From Gemmatimonadaceae bacterium (GTDB lineage Bacteria > Gemmatimonadota > Gemmatimonadetes > Gemmatimonadales > Gemmatimonadaceae), in NCBI GenBank assembly GCA_044224875.1, contig JBGAJQ010000023.1, positions 1,060 through 65,059 of the forward strand: DNA of 64,000 nt. The letters are read 5' to 3'. The notes beneath the pieces were generated by a model that was not told the origin of the DNA, made no database searches, and saw only the letters and a list, made by a program, of their open reading frames with translations. Positions 46,942-56,941 of this stretch are shown here, piece by piece (positions within the stretch are counted from its first letter, which is position 1; the number at the start of each line of letters is the position of its first letter). The position numbers and the translations under genes are program-made.

Positions 46942-49221
46942 CTACCATTTCATCACGTGCAGCACGTCGGAGTAGTCGTCAGTCCACACTCGGGCGCTCG
47001 AAAAAGGTGGGAAGATGTTCCATCCTTTTAGTCTGACGAGCGGCGACAGCGTTTGCACCTTCGGCGCCATCACCGCCCACCGGGACCCGTAGTACATCTT
47101 GAACCGTTGCTCCTTGGTCACATCCATGTCACCAACCACCCCCGGGATGTTGGCGTCGATGGCCAGTGAGAAGAGCACCGGCCGGAGCTCCAGATACCGG
47201 TTACTGATGTGAAAGACGACCGCGCCGCCCGGCCGCAGCTTCCGCAGGTACATCGCCAGCGCTTCCCGCGTCATCAGGTGCACCGGAATGGCGTCGGAGC
47301 TGAACGCGTCGAGGACGATCAGGTCAAACGTTGAATCCGGTTCCTGCGCCAACGATAGTCGCGCGTCGCCGAGCTTCACGTCGATGTGTGGTGGGCAGTC
47401 CTTCAGGTAGGTGAAGAGCCTCGGGTCCCGCGCGATCGTCGGCACCAGCGGGTCGATCTCGTAGTAGGTCCATCGTTCATCTGGACGCCCAAAGCAGGAA
47501 GTAGCACCAGACCCCAGACCCACCACGGCCACGCGTCGCTGCGCCACGTCGGGCAACAGCTTCGACATGATTTCGCCAAATGGCCCCTCGGCGTGATAGT
47601 ACGTCAGTGGGTCGCGGCGATGCTCCGCTAGCCAGTTCTGGCCACCGTGCGTGGTCGTTCCGTGTTGCAGGATGTGGTACTGGTAAATGCGCCGGACCTT
47701 GTACACACCAAAGAACGAGCGCGCCTGGTACAGTGTGTCCGGGTCGTTTGCATCGGCCGCTCGGACACCGGCGTAGATGGCCCCCACGGAAAGCGCCAAA
47801 CGCAGCGGCCGACGAAACGCGAACGCGGCGATCAGTGCCGCACCACCAAGGAAGATGTTCATGCCGTACGTTCCCCATTCGTCCGGGGGCGTCGGCAGCT
47901 TCATCGCCACAAAGATCGCCGCGAACATTGTCGCGGGCACCAACAGGTCCAGGAGCTGCGAGCGGCGCGTCCCCATGGTCTTGGACGTGTGCGGCCGCAG
48001 CCCAAGCGCGATGACGAGGGCGAACGGATACTCGACGACGGTCTTGTACAGGACAGGCGCCACCAGGACGTTGAAGGCACCACCCAGCACGCCACCCAGG
48101 GACATCCACAGGTAGAACTCGGTCAGGTGTTCGGGGGATGGGCGTGAATCGGCAAGTTCCCGGTGGCACACCATCGCCGTGACGAAAAACGCCACCAGGT
48201 GTGTCGTGCTCTGGATGGAAATGCGCCGGCTCCCACCCATGGTGATCAGCACGATCAGGGTCACCGACAGGATCAGCTGCAACCAGAGCATCACCTCCCG
48301 ATTCAACGGCGGCTTGTTGGCGAATACCAGCACGAAGGTCAGCAGGTACAACGCCAGTGGTACGACCCACAGGAATGGCACGGCAGCGATGTCCGTGCTC
48401 AAGTACGTCGTGACGCCAACCAGGAGACTCGAGGGGGCGAACGAAAGCAGCAACCAGCGCAATCGCCACGCCCGCCCCGGCACGACGGCATGCGATACCG
48501 GAGCTGCTGACCCTGCCGTTGACGGCATCGTCCCCTCCCCCGTGCGCACGTAGCGCATCGCCAGGACCGCGCACCCGACGATCAGCCCAAGGAGACCCAG
48601 ATAGATCAGGAGCCAGAGCCGACTCTGTTCACCCAATCGCAGGGCTGGCTCAATCAGGACAGGGTAGGACAGGAGCGCGGCAAAGCTCCCGAGATTGCTG
48701 GCAGCGTATAGGAAGTAGGGATTGCGTGCGGATGGATGGCGGAGACCAGCAAACCAGCGCTGCATCATCGGCGCCCCCGCCGACAACAACACGAACGGCA
48801 AGCCCAACGATGCAGTGAGTAGCCCCAGCAGGTACGGGATCGGCAGGGATGAAGCCGGAGGCTGCCGCCAGCCAGCGGCGACGTGCAAAGGGAGGAACAC
48901 GAGGGCCAGTAGAAGCAGCGTCAGATGGAGGACGGCTTGCTTCCCCGCCGGCAGCCAGCGCGAGGTCAGATGGGCGTACAGGTACCCGACGAGCAGCGCC
49001 CCCTGAAAGAACAGCAGCGCCGTGTTCCAGACGGCTGGCGTACCCCCAAGCAGCGGCAGGACCATCTTGGTGAACATCGGCTGCACGGAAAACAGCAGCG
49101 TCGCGTTGACAAAGATCGCCACCGAAAACAATGCAAGTACCGCCCGATCCTTCCACAACGCGTTTTCAGGTCCGGTCGCCGCGCCCGCGACCAGCCCACT
49201 AGAGGTCGTCTGTTGGGACAT
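46942..49221 (-). CDS. fused polytopic membrane domain / spermidine-synthase-like (class I MTase-fold) protein
   Basis: The N-terminal ~480 aa are many hydrophobic segments. The C-terminal VAVVGLGSGATS...DLIVLDAFSSDAIPVHLMTREA...LRPGGAVVFH is a spermidine-synthase-like fold. Confidence 0.75.
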   Translation of the reverse strand: MSQQTTSSGLVAGAATGPENALWKDRAVLALFSVAIFVNATLLFSVQPMFTKMVLPLLGGTPAVWNTALLFFQGALLVGYLYAHLTSRWLPAGKQAVLHLTLLLLALVFLPLHVAAGWRQPPASSLPIPYLLGLLTASLGLPFVLLSAGAPMMQRWFAGLRHPSARNPYFLYAASNLGSFAALLSYPVLIEPALRLGEQSRLWLLIYLGLLGLIVGCAVLAMRYVRTGEGTMPSTAGSAAPVSHAVVPGRAWRLRWLLLSFAPSSLLVGVTTYLSTDIAAVPFLWVVPLALYLLTFVLVFANKPPLNREVMLWLQLILSVTLIVLITMGGSRRISIQSTTHLVAFFVTAMVCHRELADSRPSPEHLTEFYLWMSLGGVLGGAFNVLVAPVLYKTVVEYPFALVIALGLRPHTSKTMGTRRSQLLDLLVPATMFAAIFVAMKLPTPPDEWGTYGMNIFLGGAALIAAFAFRRPLRLALSVGAIYAGVRAADANDPDTLYQARSFFGVYKVRRIYQYHILQHGTTTHGGQNWLAEHRRDPLTYYHAEGPFGEIMSKLLPDVAQRRVAVVGLGSGATSCFGRPDERWTYYEIDPLVPTIARDPRLFTYLKDCPPHIDVKLGDARLSLAQEPDSTFDLIVLDAFSSDAIPVHLMTREALAMYLRKLRPGGAVVFHISNRYLELRPVLFSLAIDANIPGVVGDMDVTKEQRFKMYYGSRWAVMAPKVQTLSPLVRLKGWNIFPPFSSARVWTDDYSDVLHVMKW

Positions 49222-49482
49222 CGGCCGAATGTGATGCCTCCGTCACGGCTCGTCCATTGCCTCGCGCTCCAACCGCGACGCCTCGTCCCGCGTCCAGGAC
49301 CGGTCGCCCTTTGCAGCGGGGACTTCGCCCTTTTATGCACGCTCTCAACGTTCGCGGTGTCAGATTTCGAGCCTGACACTCGTGAACCGTAGACGCCGTA
49401 CTGGCCACTCGACCCGCTGGCACCCGATTCCATCACGCCTGCCCGCCTGGCACGCTGTGCCACCACACCATCCTCACTGTCC

Positions 49483-51123
49483 ATGTCTACCCGCAGAGAC
49501 TTCCTGAAGCACGGCGGCGCGGCCGTCGGCGCCGTTGCCATCGGCAGCGCGCTGCACCCGGCGCAGGCGATGGGCTTGCCGCCAGGCGAGCCGTTCGCGC
49601 CAGCGACCACCGACTTGACCCCGATGGACGCCGGCGTGAAAGACCTGCTGATGGACGCCCTCAACGCGGCGAAGATGAACGGGGCATCCTTCGCCGACGC
49701 ACGAATCGGGCGCTATCAACAGAACTTTGTCTTCACGCGCGAAAAACAGATCCTGAACGTGGTGGACACGGACTCGATCGGGATCGGTGTCCGCGCGCTG
49801 GTGGAGGGTACGTGGGGCTTTGCCGCGTCGCGTACGCTGACGCCCGAGGGAGTGGCAGGCGCGGCGAAAGAAGCAGTCGCCATCGCCAAGGCCAATCGCG
49901 TGGCCCGTGACCGCGCTGTCGAGTTGGCCCCCGCCCCGTCGCACCCCTCCGCATCCTGGAAGAGTGCCTACGAGATCGATCCCTTCACCATACCGGTCGA
50001 ACAGAAGGCGGACCTGCTCATCCAAGCCAACACCGAAGGGATGAAGGCGCCTAACGTCAAGTACGTCTTCAGTGGCTTCTTCTTCCGGAAGATGGAGCGC
50101 AATTACGCCAACACCGATGGTTCGGTCATCAATCAGACAATCGTCCAGAGCGCGTTGCAGCAGCAGTTCACCGCGGTGGCCCCTGATTTTTCGGACTTCC
50201 AGAATCGCGGGAACACCCTTCCCCCGGTCGCCCGCGGGTGGGAATGGGTGCAGCAGCAGAACGTCGTCGAGAACTCCAGAAAGTGGGGCGAGGAAGCCAG
50301 CCAGAAGCTCAAAGCGAAGCCGGTCGAAGTCGGACGCTACGACCTGGTGTTGCACCCGTCGCACCTGTGGCTCACCGTTCATGAGTCGGTTGCCCACCCC
50401 ACGGAACTGGACCGCGCCATGGGTTACGAGGCCAATTACGCCGGCACGAGCTTCGTGGCGCCGCCAGAAAATTTCCTCGGCAAGTTCAAGTACGGGTCGG
50501 AGCTAATGAATATCGTTGGCGATCGCGCGCAGCCAGGCGCCCTCGCCACGATCGGTTATGACGACGAAGGCGTCCAACCCGATGAGTTCACCATCATCAA
50601 GAACGGCGTCGTCAACGACTATCAGACCACACGCGAGCAAGCGAGCTGGTTGCGCTGGTGGTACGACCAGCAGAAGCGGCCCACCCGTTCCCACGGGTGC
50701 TCATACGCCGACAGCTGGTCCAGCGTCCAGTTCCAGCGCATGCCTAATGTGTCGCTGCAGCCAGGCAGCAAGGACCTCACGTGGGATGACCTCATTGCCG
50801 CTACCGACAAGGGAATCGGCATCATCGGCGATGGCTCCTTCTCGATCGACCAGCAGCGCTACAACGCACAGTTCGGCGGCCAGGTCTTCTACGAGATCAA
50901 GGGCGGTAAGATCGTTGGGCTGCTCAAGGACGTCGCCTACCAGATGCGAACCCCGGACTTCTGGGGTGCCATGGACATGATCGGCGGAAAACGAAGCTAC
51001 GAAGTCTGGGGCAGCTTCTTCGACGGAAAGGGACAGCCCGGACAGGTGAACGCAGTTTCCCATGGGTCAGTGCCGGCCCGCTTCCGCAACATCAACGTCA
51101 TCAACACTGGCCGGAAGGCGTGA
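49483..51123 (+). CDS. tldD: TldD-like metallopeptidase with twin-arginine signal peptide
   Basis: MSTRRDFLKHGGAAVGAVAIGSALHPAQA leader. The HESVAH (HExxxH) motif is encoded at 50380-50397. The protein is TldD/PmbA-family over its full length. Confidence 0.85.
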   Translation: MSTRRDFLKHGGAAVGAVAIGSALHPAQAMGLPPGEPFAPATTDLTPMDAGVKDLLMDALNAAKMNGASFADARIGRYQQNFVFTREKQILNVVDTDSIGIGVRALVEGTWGFAASRTLTPEGVAGAAKEAVAIAKANRVARDRAVELAPAPSHPSASWKSAYEIDPFTIPVEQKADLLIQANTEGMKAPNVKYVFSGFFFRKMERNYANTDGSVINQTIVQSALQQQFTAVAPDFSDFQNRGNTLPPVARGWEWVQQQNVVENSRKWGEEASQKLKAKPVEVGRYDLVLHPSHLWLTVHESVAHPTELDRAMGYEANYAGTSFVAPPENFLGKFKYGSELMNIVGDRAQPGALATIGYDDEGVQPDEFTIIKNGVVNDYQTTREQASWLRWWYDQQKRPTRSHGCSYADSWSSVQFQRMPNVSLQPGSKDLTWDDLIAATDKGIGIIGDGSFSIDQQRYNAQFGGQVFYEIKGGKIVGLLKDVAYQMRTPDFWGAMDMIGGKRSYEVWGSFFDGKGQPGQVNAVSHGSVPARFRNINVINTGRKA

Positions 51124-51134
51124 GGACCTGACCA

Positions 51135-52550
51135 ATGCCACGCAATCACACGACCGACGTCCTGAGCGCACCCCGTCGCCTCATCCCCCGCGATGGCGCC
51201 GCGTTGCCTAACGGCACCGTGCTCTCGCGCGACGAGGCCCAGTCCCTCGTCGAACGCATCACCAAGCTCTCCAAGGCAGACGCGATCGAGGTGCAAATCG
51301 GTGGCGGTTACTCCGCCAACGTCCGGTTTGCCGACAACCAGATGTCCACCGCCGGAGGGGTCACCGACTTCCAAATCGGCGTGCAAAGCTCCTTCGGACC
51401 CAAGCATGCCGTCGTCACCACCAACGAGACGACCGACGAAGCCTTGCGCGCGGCGGTGGAAAAGTCAGAGCGACTCGCCAAACTCGCACCCGACGATCCC
51501 GAGGCCATGCCTCAACTGGGACCCCAGCAGTACACGCCGGTGGATGCCTACTTCTCCTCCGTGGCCGACATGGACGCGGCCGAACGCGCCAAGATCGCCC
51601 TCACCGCGCTCGAGCCCGCGCGCGGCGCCGGCGACCTCACGGCCGCTGGCTTCCTCGTCACCAACGTGCAAGCTGGCGCCCTTGGCAACAGCAAGGGACT
51701 CTTCGCCTACCATCGCAGCACCAACGCCAACTACACCCTCACCGTCCGCACCAAGGACGGCACTGGCTCCGGCTGGGCCGGAGCCGAGCATAACGACGCG
51801 AGTAAGGTGGACTTCCGCGGCGTGAGCGAGCGCGCCATCGAAAAGGCGCGCCTCTCCCGCAATCCGGTCGCCATCGAACCGGGACGCTACACCGTCATCA
51901 TGGAGCCACAGGCCGTGGGTGACCTGTGCCAACTCGTCGGCTTCTACGCCGACGCTAGATCCACCGACGAAGGACGCTCCCCATTCGTGAAGCAGGGTGG
52001 TGGCACAAAGATCGGCGAGAAGATCATGGACGCGCGTCTTAGCATCTACGCCGATCCGCGCGATCCCATGGTGCTCGCCCAGCCATTCGACGGCGATGGG
52101 CTCCCGTTAGGCCGCCAGGTGTTTATCGAGAATGGTGTCCTCAAGACACTCTACTACTCCCGATTCTGGGCGCAGAAGAAAGGCGTTGAGCCCACCGGCG
52201 CACCGACCTCCTTCCTGATGTCGGGCGGCGACACCAGCGTCGAGGACATGATCAAGTCCACCGAACGCGGCATACTCGTCACGCGACTCTGGTACCTCCG
52301 TGAGGTCGATCCCAGGACGATTCTCTACACCGGGCTCACCCGCGACGGCACCTTCCTCATCGAGAACGGAAAGATCAGCAAGTCGGTGAAGAACTTCCGT
52401 TTCAATGACTCGCCGCTGTTCATGCTCAACAACATCGAAGCGCTTGGCCGGCCAGTCCGACTCGCCGGCACCGAGGCAGGGGGCGCGGTAGTTGTCCCAG
52501 CCATCAAGGCCAAGGACTTCAACTTCACGAGCCTGAGCGACGCTGTTTAA
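51135..52550 (+). CDS. pmbA: PmbA/TldE-like partner protein (no signal peptide)
   Basis: TldD/PmbA-family layout 12 nt downstream of the tldD-like gene. It lacks the HExxxH motif, as expected for the PmbA-type subunit. Confidence 0.8.
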   Translation: MPRNHTTDVLSAPRRLIPRDGAALPNGTVLSRDEAQSLVERITKLSKADAIEVQIGGGYSANVRFADNQMSTAGGVTDFQIGVQSSFGPKHAVVTTNETTDEALRAAVEKSERLAKLAPDDPEAMPQLGPQQYTPVDAYFSSVADMDAAERAKIALTALEPARGAGDLTAAGFLVTNVQAGALGNSKGLFAYHRSTNANYTLTVRTKDGTGSGWAGAEHNDASKVDFRGVSERAIEKARLSRNPVAIEPGRYTVIMEPQAVGDLCQLVGFYADARSTDEGRSPFVKQGGGTKIGEKIMDARLSIYADPRDPMVLAQPFDGDGLPLGRQVFIENGVLKTLYYSRFWAQKKGVEPTGAPTSFLMSGGDTSVEDMIKSTERGILVTRLWYLREVDPRTILYTGLTRDGTFLIENGKISKSVKNFRFNDSPLFMLNNIEALGRPVRLAGTEAGGAVVVPAIKAKDFNFTSLSDAV

Positions 52551-52569
52551 CGCGATCCGCCTGCAAGCC

Positions 52570-52596
52570 AACGCGCCGAGCCCAACTCGGCGCGTT
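52570..52596 (+). terminator. stem-loop terminator candidate (no clear T-tract)
   Basis: AACGCGCCGAG (52570-52580), loop CCCAA, CTCGGCGCGTT (52586-52596), giving an 11-bp perfect stem that begins 20 nt after the pmbA-like stop. Confidence 0.5.
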
Positions 52597-52679
52597 GTGT
52601 ATTCCGTCGTGTCCGCGGACTTGAACTCGCCGGTAAGCGGACAGGTGACGCAGCCTGTGGCGCGAGATAATCTCCAGTC

Positions 52680-53453
52680 GTGAACACGTTCCTCGCACTG
52701 GCCTTTCTTGTGGCGTCTATCGCCGCCCATCGGCCACTGACAGCTCAAACGACTCAGACCGTTGTGGCTGGTGAAGTACAGCGACTGGCAGAAGAGGGGG
52801 CGGCCGCCGGTCAGCTGACCCTCGTCAGTGATGCCATCACGGTCGTCGAACGTGCGCTCCATGACGCGCCATCGGACTCCGTTCTCCTGCACTACCTCGG
52901 TTACGCCTACTACCGGAAGGGCACGGTGCTGGCGGTCATGGGTCGCCGCGGTGAAGCCGGCCGCGCCCTGGATTCAGCGGAGTCGACCCTTCGCCGCTCC
53001 GCATCGACGCTGCGCTGGCCGGAGAACGCGGCGCTCCTCGGCGCCACGATCGGACAGAAGATTGGACTCAATCGGAATCCGTTTTCCGCGATGCGTAACG
53101 GTCCACGCTCAAATGCCGAATTGGATCGCGCCGCACTCCTGGATTCGACCAACGCGCGGGTGTTGCTCCTGCGCGGCATTGGCGCGTACTACAAGCCTTC
53201 GATGTTCGGCGGCGGCGCAGACAAGGCGGCGCAGGAACTCGAGCGTGCCGTTGCTGCGTTCGAAACGGACCAGCCAGTTCCCCCGCACCCATCGTGGGGT
53301 CATGGCGAAGCTTGGACCTTTCTCGGCATGGCACGCGCTCGTCAAGGCAGGATCGCTGAAGCTCGCGCGGCGTACGAACGCGCGTTGACCTTCTCGCCAC
53401 TCATCCTCAGCGTGCGCGACTCGTTGCTGCCTGCGTTGGGCGCTCCGCGCTAA
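52680..53453 (+). CDS. secreted helical-repeat (TPR-like) hypothetical protein
   Basis: GTG start, signal peptide MNTFLALAFLVASIAAHRPLTAQ, and Ala/Leu/Arg-rich helical repeats (YLGYAYYRKG, GEAWTFLGMARARQGRIAEARAAYERAL). Confidence 0.55.
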   Translation: MNTFLALAFLVASIAAHRPLTAQTTQTVVAGEVQRLAEEGAAAGQLTLVSDAITVVERALHDAPSDSVLLHYLGYAYYRKGTVLAVMGRRGEAGRALDSAESTLRRSASTLRWPENAALLGATIGQKIGLNRNPFSAMRNGPRSNAELDRAALLDSTNARVLLLRGIGAYYKPSMFGGGADKAAQELERAVAAFETDQPVPPHPSWGHGEAWTFLGMARARQGRIAEARAAYERALTFSPLILSVRDSLLPALGAPR

Positions 53454-53455
53454 GA

Positions 53456-54064
53456 CTACGCCCGCCCGCGTTCGAGCACCGCCGTGCAGTCACTGAGGTC
53501 GTCCGGCAAGTACACGTGCATGCCGCAGGGCACAAAGCCAGTCGAGCGAAAGAGACGGCGCCACCACGCGGAGCTTCGCATTTCACGCCGCGAAAAGTCG
53601 CCCGTCGCGTTGTCCTCCGAGGTGAAGACCTCGAAGTAACACACGCCGGACGCGAGTTGCCGGATTGACTCCAGTCCGCGGCGCAGCTCGTCAGGTGCCA
53701 CGTACATGAGAACACCGCAACACATCACCAGGTCCACGCGCCGCGGTAGCGACAAGGCGTTCAACGTCCCGAACGTGCCCAACTGGATGTTTCGGCGCTT
53801 TCCCCATCGGGCGACCGCGTACTCGCTCGCATCCACACCCCAGTACTTGGCCGTCGGGCGCAACCGCCGCAGGGGCGGCGACCAATTGCCTTCGCCGCAT
53901 CCCACGTCCAGCACACGCTTCACGGGCCGCTCCAGCAAGTACTCCGTGGCACTCACGATGAGGCGCAGCTGACGGGCGATGTCTTCTGGAGACTTCACTC
54001 GATGCCGCGGATGGCGGTACCACTTGTCGAAGTACGCCTTGTCGTAGTGGGCGGGAGTACGCAT
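53456..54064 (-). CDS. class I SAM-dependent methyltransferase
   Basis: VLDVGCGEGNW (motif I) and DLVMCCGVLMYV (motif II-like). The ATG directly abuts the stop of the upstream 958-aa gene. Confidence 0.8.
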   Translation of the reverse strand: MRTPAHYDKAYFDKWYRHPRHRVKSPEDIARQLRLIVSATEYLLERPVKRVLDVGCGEGNWSPPLRRLRPTAKYWGVDASEYAVARWGKRRNIQLGTFGTLNALSLPRRVDLVMCCGVLMYVAPDELRRGLESIRQLASGVCYFEVFTSEDNATGDFSRREMRSSAWWRRLFRSTGFVPCGMHVYLPDDLSDCTAVLERGRA

Positions 54065-56941
54065 CTAGAACGGCAGCGAGATCAGGAGGTTGTTCCGTAC
54101 ATGCGGGAGTTCGTCCACACGATAGTTTACGCGAAGCCCAAGGCGCATCGTGGAACGGAGCTGAATCGGCGACATGTCGGTCGTTACCTCGCCACCGAAT
54201 GATCGGAGGAGCAGGTGAACCGAATTGTCGCGCCGGGCCGCATATCCGTAATCGTAGTACGCCGCGCCCTGCACGCGCCGGAAATAGGCAAAGGGACCAA
54301 CGGCAAAGTCCGGGTAGAATAGCGGGAACGCATAGGTCACGCCCACGCGCTCAAAGCGCTCCGCCGTGAAGGCATCGTAGCCGCGCGACACGTCATGCAG
54401 CGACGAGAACAAGTAGTTGACGCGCCGTTGTTCCTCACGTTGTGCCTCCAGCACGACCCCGTGATGCCTGACGAGCCCCGGTAGGAAGAGTGCGCCCTGA
54501 ACCGAGAGTTGGTGTCCTTGATAGTCGCCTTCGAGCGGGGTGTGTCGGTACACCAGTGACCCCGACGCGCCACGCGGCAGGATGTCGCGGGTGGCGCTCT
54601 CCACGAACCTGCTTCCGGCCACGGTATACGTCAGTGGCAGGAACGACCCGTTGTTGTTCGAGAACCGACTGTTGAAGGTCTTGCCATCGACCCACGTGTA
54701 CCCAACCGCTGCGGATGCCGAGAGGCGCTCCGTCGTCAACCCGCGCACTCGCACATACGGGAGCCGCACGCCCACCTGCGCCGATCGCTCGGACCAGTGA
54801 TACCGAACACGTGTCGAGTCGAGGTCGGCCACTGAGGCCCGGGTCCCATAGCGCAACGCACCATCGAAGATCGGCACATGTGCCGCGTAGCTCGCTCCCA
54901 GCTCGAACGACCCTGTGTGCTCTGCCAGGTTCGCGATGGCACCCACCGAAGTTGCGAATGTGTTGAGCACATTTCGCGATTGGAGCACCAACCCCTGGTT
55001 GTGCCCATCCCCACTCGGCGCAAGGCTCAACGAATGGAACTTGAAGATGCGTTCCAATCCATCGTACGGAACAGCCTTCCACTCCGTCGGCTCCAACGGT
55101 TGCTGGGCTGGCGCGACCGCTTCCTGGTCCAACAACGGCGCGTAATACGCCACATCCCGGCGGCGGACGGAGTCGACTGGACGGAAGGCGCCACTGTCGA
55201 TGCGCATTTCCGCGATGTCGTATCCGTCTTCACCGTAGTCTTGAAACAGCAGGTGCGCACCATCGGCGGACACGGTTGCCCCGCGTGCGGCATATCGACG
55301 GCTCGTGACCTGGAATCGCGTCCCGGTCTTGAGGTTGGTAGCTTCGATATTGTCGATGCCGGACGCCGGCGATCCATAGTACACCCAGTCGCCGCGAAGC
55401 ACGGGCCGCACGATCGCGTCCAGTCGAAACGGAATCACTGTATCCGGGGGTGCGCCGTCGAGCGGCACACGCACCAGAGCATTCCCTCGTGCATGGTGCC
55501 GATCCAGCGCCACCACGTAGATGCTCTCGCCGTCAGGCGACCACGCGGGCGTTGCGAGGAAGTGATCGTCCGAATTCGGCAGCGACTGCACGGTCGCCCC
55601 CGATTCACTGTCGATGATGTCGACAAAGGTGCGCCCCCCTTCCGTGAACCGGACCGCCGCCACCCTTCGAGCGTCGGGAGACAACACCGCTGCGAAGTGA
55701 CGCGCGCCGCTCGTCAACCGGTGCACCTGACGAGTGCGAAGGTCCAGCATCCGCAGCGTCAGGTAACCCCGCTGGACGAACCGAGGGTCCACCTCCAGCT
55801 CCGACCACACCACCTTGTCGCCAACTACGTCGAACTGCTGTTCGCCGCGGGTGGGGAACTGCCGAACGAGCGTCTCCTGCTTCCCGTCCTTCAATCGCAC
55901 CAACGACGGCACGGCAGACATGTCCCAGTACTCGGCCACGATGCTCCCGTCGCCAGCATACTGCGGCAAGCGCCACCCGTGGTAGTCGGCATTGGCTGGA
56001 GATCGCGGCGTCGCCGCCGTGGTATCGAGCCCCGCGACCTGTGCGCGCCACAGCAGGTCGAGTTCGTGGATCGCGTCACGGTGGATCTGCGTCAGGGACT
56101 TCCCCGTTGCCTTCTTGAGCCCGTGCGAGATTGCCAGTGGCGGAATCGGCCAACGGGACGCGCTGGCGATCGCCTTCCGCCACGCATCGGCGCCATATAC
56201 ACGCTTCACATGCGTCGTCAGCACATACCCGAGTTGATACCAGTCGGGATAAAACGTGCGGTAGGAGCCATTCCATGCCGCGTAGTAGGGATATCGGTCA
56301 CCGTTCAGCCGCAACGTCCGGATCCGGTTGCCGAATGACGGCTGCCGTCCCCTGCCCGCATTGCTGAGCGCCGTCTCGGTTCCTACGGCGTCCCCCTCCC
56401 AAAACCAGGCGGGAAAATAGAGCGACCCCGCGACAAACGCCGTCGTCCCCTCACCAAACATCCGACTCACGAGGCCCACCCAGCCATCGCGCACTGCATC
56501 CTCCTGTACGATGTGTCGGCCCTCGTGCACCGCCAACAGACTGAACCAGTCCACTGGGCCAAACTCGTCCAACCCACCGGGCGGAATCGCATACCACTCC
56601 GATCGGCGCGGAGCCCAGGACACAAAGGCGTTGGAGATCGCCGACTGGTTGTTGAGGACGACGGGGATGCGATCCGGCGATCGATCAAGTGTCTTGCCTA
56701 ACGGCAAGTACGCGCGCTCCAGCAGCGCGGCAGCACGTTGCGCCTCCGCCGCCATCGAGTCCGGGTAGATCACGTCAAAGTGCGGCGTTACCAGCTTCCA
56801 CCAGCGCAGCGAGGAAGGAAACTGCGCCCCCCCGATCCGGACCCAGAGTGGCGCTTGTGCGCGCGCGCTCGTGGCCATGCCGACGAGCAGCACGACCGCC
56901 TGCAGCACTCGTCTAGTAGGAAACCACCCTCCCACCCTCAC
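54065..56941 (-). CDS. large exported protein: N-terminal HExxH region, TolB/PD40-like beta-propeller, C-terminal beta-barrel-like domain
   Basis: Signal peptide (VVLLVGMATSARAQA) and LLAVHEGRHIVQ (HExxH). PD40-like repeats are present (AAVLSPDARRVAAV, TPAWSPDGESIYVV, ATVSADGAHLLFQ). The C-terminal ~350 aa have alternating beta-strand-like sequence ending in LLISLPF, with a terminal aromatic residue as in outer-membrane barrels. Confidence 0.7.
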   Translation of the reverse strand: MRVGGWFPTRRVLQAVVLLVGMATSARAQAPLWVRIGGAQFPSSLRWWKLVTPHFDVIYPDSMAAEAQRAAALLERAYLPLGKTLDRSPDRIPVVLNNQSAISNAFVSWAPRRSEWYAIPPGGLDEFGPVDWFSLLAVHEGRHIVQEDAVRDGWVGLVSRMFGEGTTAFVAGSLYFPAWFWEGDAVGTETALSNAGRGRQPSFGNRIRTLRLNGDRYPYYAAWNGSYRTFYPDWYQLGYVLTTHVKRVYGADAWRKAIASASRWPIPPLAISHGLKKATGKSLTQIHRDAIHELDLLWRAQVAGLDTTAATPRSPANADYHGWRLPQYAGDGSIVAEYWDMSAVPSLVRLKDGKQETLVRQFPTRGEQQFDVVGDKVVWSELEVDPRFVQRGYLTLRMLDLRTRQVHRLTSGARHFAAVLSPDARRVAAVRFTEGGRTFVDIIDSESGATVQSLPNSDDHFLATPAWSPDGESIYVVALDRHHARGNALVRVPLDGAPPDTVIPFRLDAIVRPVLRGDWVYYGSPASGIDNIEATNLKTGTRFQVTSRRYAARGATVSADGAHLLFQDYGEDGYDIAEMRIDSGAFRPVDSVRRRDVAYYAPLLDQEAVAPAQQPLEPTEWKAVPYDGLERIFKFHSLSLAPSGDGHNQGLVLQSRNVLNTFATSVGAIANLAEHTGSFELGASYAAHVPIFDGALRYGTRASVADLDSTRVRYHWSERSAQVGVRLPYVRVRGLTTERLSASAAVGYTWVDGKTFNSRFSNNNGSFLPLTYTVAGSRFVESATRDILPRGASGSLVYRHTPLEGDYQGHQLSVQGALFLPGLVRHHGVVLEAQREEQRRVNYLFSSLHDVSRGYDAFTAERFERVGVTYAFPLFYPDFAVGPFAYFRRVQGAAYYDYGYAARRDNSVHLLLRSFGGEVTTDMSPIQLRSTMRLGLRVNYRVDELPHVRNNLLISLPF

